This document shows positions 61,946-64,000 of a DNA stretch of 64,000 bases, piece after piece. Within the stretch, counting starts at the first letter, position 1, and each line of letters opens with the position of its first letter. The DNA is taken from contig CBDUKN010000003.1 of assembly GCA_965367815.1 (NCBI GenBank), forward strand, positions 68,794 through 132,793, written 5' to 3'. The notes under the pieces were generated by a model that was not told the DNA's origin, made no database searches, and saw only the letters and a program-made list of their open reading frames with translations. A program made the translations under genes and the position numbers. Source of the DNA: an uncultured Thermoprotei archaeon (lineage in GTDB: Archaea; Thermoproteota; Thermoprotei; Thermofilales; B15-G2).

Positions 61946-64000
61946 ATGATGACTTCAAAATATTTGCTAATGGGGCTAGCAGCAGTAATACTAGTTCAGC
62001 TAGCTCTAGTCCATAGTCAGCCTAGCATATATATTGAAGTAAAGGGTGTCGTAAGAGATGCTGTAACAGGTAAGCCTCTGGGAGATACAATTATCGTAGT
62101 CTACAATAGGAGCGCGGCAAAAGCTTCTCCAGTGCTCATTAAGACCGACAGTGAAGGCCGTTTCTCTATAGGGCTTATTCCTCAGTTGAGCTATACTCTG
62201 CACTTTATTCATGCCAATGAAAAAGGTTTAATAGACTATGTTCCTGCATGCCTTACTATAGAGAAAAACGCGGTGTCAGTAGAGTGTGAAGTGAAGCTCT
62301 ATCCTGGTGCAGTTCTATGCATTAAAGGAGACCTATACTATATTGGCGGAGAGGTTTCGCGGTGGAGGCGCTACGTTGTCTTAAATGTTGAGAACCGGAG
62401 GTACTCTGAGGTATTTTCCTGTGGAGAAGCTGTAGTCAAGACTATTACTGGTGAATCTGGTCGAGTTAAAGTAAGTCTGCTAGACGAGTACGGATCTGTA
62501 CTGTACTTTGTGCTGAAGAACAGTCCTATATCGAAAACACTCAACGAAAGTATTGTTGTAGTTCCCGCAGACTCGCCTATAGTTATTTTAGCTACAGCGC
62601 CCGCTAAGAACTACAGGACAGGCTACTTCGATGAAGTACACTTCTACGTAGATAATCCTACTCTAAGGAAGGGGCTTTCTCAGGGAACTTTCCTCGTATA
62701 CGATATTACAGCTGACTCTCTCAGCTACTGTATTAAGCTAGTTGAAGAGGATATAAGGAAGCTCGAGTCTATGGTAAACGAGTTCGAGAGTATAGGCTTC
62801 TATGTCGCTGAGGAGAGGTACAGGTATCTTGACGAAGCGAAGAGGCTTGTAGAGAGAGCTAGAAGCTACATTATAGAGACTGGAGTTGAAGAAGCCTTAA
62901 CTATGCTGGAGAAAGCTGACGCTATTGTCTGGCCAGGTGAGAGAGGTATACTTTACAACAGGCTGATGTTCATGAAGCTCGTCGCTAAAGAAAGTGCAGC
63001 AGTACTCCCAGTGTTACTTGCTGTATTCGCTATAGCTATGGGCATGTTCTTTCACGAAGACTTGAAGAAAAAAATAGCTACGACGGTAGCTTTCTATGTG
63101 TTGTTCCTCGTGCTCTTCATATATTCTTATCCAGGCTTTAAGCTAATAGATGCAACTAAGTTCACTGTAAGCACTATAGGCTCGCTGGCTGGGGCGCTAG
63201 CACTTTTCTTCGTGCTTCCGCGCTACTTTAAGGAACTCGAGGTTCCGGGTAAGGCGTCGTTTTCAAGTATTGTGGCAATAACAGCGTCTATTGCTAAGAG
63301 ATATGCTAGAGTAAGGAAGCTGAGGACAACGATTACTATTTTCTCGCTGGCGATACTGATATGGGCTTTCACAGTACTCACATCTGTCTCTACAATACAC
63401 ACTATTGTTTCAGAAGCCCCAGTCAACGTACTCTACTCGGGTACAGCAGTTGTTGTTAGAGCATACTACAAGGATATGCCTGAGTCGCTGTCTCTACAAG
63501 ATACTGGTCTCTGCGAGCACTTCTTTAAGCCGAAAGTACTCGCTGTTAGAGCCTACCTCAAGCCTACTTTTGCCGGAGAATCTAAGATCTATGTTGGCGG
63601 CAGGAGAATAGTATCTATTATGGGTATAGGGCCTGAGGAACGTGAGTTCTGGCTTAAAGGAAACGTGGTTGAAGGAGATTTAGCTAAACTCGATGATGAG
63701 GGAGTGCTGCTACCAAAGTCTCTTGCATACAGGATTGGAGCAAAGGTAGGCGATAAAGTAGTGCTCTACATAGAGAACAGGATCTACGGTGTTTACAAAG
63801 ATACTTTGACAGTAGTAGGCATATACGACGATGCTGCTGTAGGGAACTTGGACATAGATAAGAAGCCGGTACTGCCCTTCATTCTCTCTGGAGAAAATAT
63901 CGTTTACTGTAATGCGTCTAGTACAGTTATTGTCAGCTGGAAGTACTTGATGTACAGGCTGTTCCCCGACACGAAGACAGGTATTTCCCGCGTATCGAGC
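61946..64000 (+). CDS. Partial (3'-truncated by the window end) fusion protein: signal peptide, CarboxypepD_reg-like beta-sandwich head, coiled-coil stalk, TM bundle, FtsX/MacB-type permease module
   Basis: Absent from the ORF track because no stop occurs in the window. I translated 61946..64000 by hand and found 685 codons with no stop. The N-terminus is MMTSKYLLMGLAAVILVQLALVHS. The head is IEVKGVVRDAVTGKPLGDTIIVVYN...TDSEGRFSIGL. The stalk is DIRKLESMVNEFES...EAKRLVERARSYI. Three TM helices follow. FtsX TM1 is AKRYARVRKLRTTITIFSLAILIWAFTVL. The PCD-like loop is VEGDLAKLDDEGVLLPKSLAYRIGAKVGDKVVLY...LTVVGIYDD. Confidence 0.7.
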   Translation, partial: MMTSKYLLMGLAAVILVQLALVHSQPSIYIEVKGVVRDAVTGKPLGDTIIVVYNRSAAKASPVLIKTDSEGRFSIGLIPQLSYTLHFIHANEKGLIDYVPACLTIEKNAVSVECEVKLYPGAVLCIKGDLYYIGGEVSRWRRYVVLNVENRRYSEVFSCGEAVVKTITGESGRVKVSLLDEYGSVLYFVLKNSPISKTLNESIVVVPADSPIVILATAPAKNYRTGYFDEVHFYVDNPTLRKGLSQGTFLVYDITADSLSYCIKLVEEDIRKLESMVNEFESIGFYVAEERYRYLDEAKRLVERARSYIIETGVEEALTMLEKADAIVWPGERGILYNRLMFMKLVAKESAAVLPVLLAVFAIAMGMFFHEDLKKKIATTVAFYVLFLVLFIYSYPGFKLIDATKFTVSTIGSLAGALALFFVLPRYFKELEVPGKASFSSIVAITASIAKRYARVRKLRTTITIFSLAILIWAFTVLTSVSTIHTIVSEAPVNVLYSGTAVVVRAYYKDMPESLSLQDTGLCEHFFKPKVLAVRAYLKPTFAGESKIYVGGRRIVSIMGIGPEEREFWLKGNVVEGDLAKLDDEGVLLPKSLAYRIGAKVGDKVVLYIENRIYGVYKDTLTVVGIYDDAAVGNLDIDKKPVLPFILSGENIVYCNASSTVIVSWKYLMYRLFPDTKTGISRVSS

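Noticed and set aside
1-64000. Search for CRISPR arrays, tRNA/rRNA genes, transposases, integrases and long terminal or inverted repeats.
   Set aside because: I found no regularly spaced short repeats. There are no GC-rich structured islands in the intergenic regions of this AT-rich sequence and no recombinase-like ORFs. The only exact repeats I found are the 118-nt and 112-nt pairs inside the antitoxin genes.

Overview
This is an AT-rich archaeal chromosomal window. The evidence is crenarchaeal-type single-OB SSB genes, an AMP phosphorylase, GTG/TTG starts, GGTGA-like Shine-Dalgarno motifs and TATA-like boxes. It resembles a hyperthermophilic Thermoprotei-type organism, but I cannot name the species from sequence alone. 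I saw no rRNA, tRNA, CRISPR array, transposase or integrase.

Content falls into four groups. (1) Housekeeping and metabolism: carA/carB, AMP phosphorylase, two tandem SSB paralogs, an HpcH aldolase, an FGGY kinase, a Gfo/Idh/MocA oxidoreductase, TIM-barrel isomerases, a GH38 alpha-mannosidase, a GH3 beta-glucosidase with a PA14 insert, and a radical SAM/SPASM enzyme. (2) About ten toxin-antitoxin-like modules, seven of them with PIN domains. Two are unusual antitoxin-PIN-antitoxin triads in which the two antitoxin genes share perfectly identical 118-nt and 112-nt cores. (3) At least ten disrupted genes (frameshifts, in-frame stops, stubs), while ORFs of 800 to 1494 codons stay intact. (4) The most interesting region, 45.4-64.0 kb, is a locus of surface hydrolase-like proteins. 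It holds an S45 penicillin-amidase-like Ntn hydrolase and a gingipain(C25)-like protein. It also has two paralogous ~640-670-aa polytopic (OPT-like) membrane proteins. Three giant paralogs each fuse a different extracellular head (C45 Ntn hydrolase, PA/M28-like, CarboxypepD_reg-like) to a common stalk, TM bundle and FtsX/MacB-type permease chassis. The two complete copies also carry a shared, unassigned cytoplasmic C-terminal domain. No ABC ATPase gene is visible in the locus.

All family assignments rest on by-eye motif recognition and need HMM or structure confirmation.
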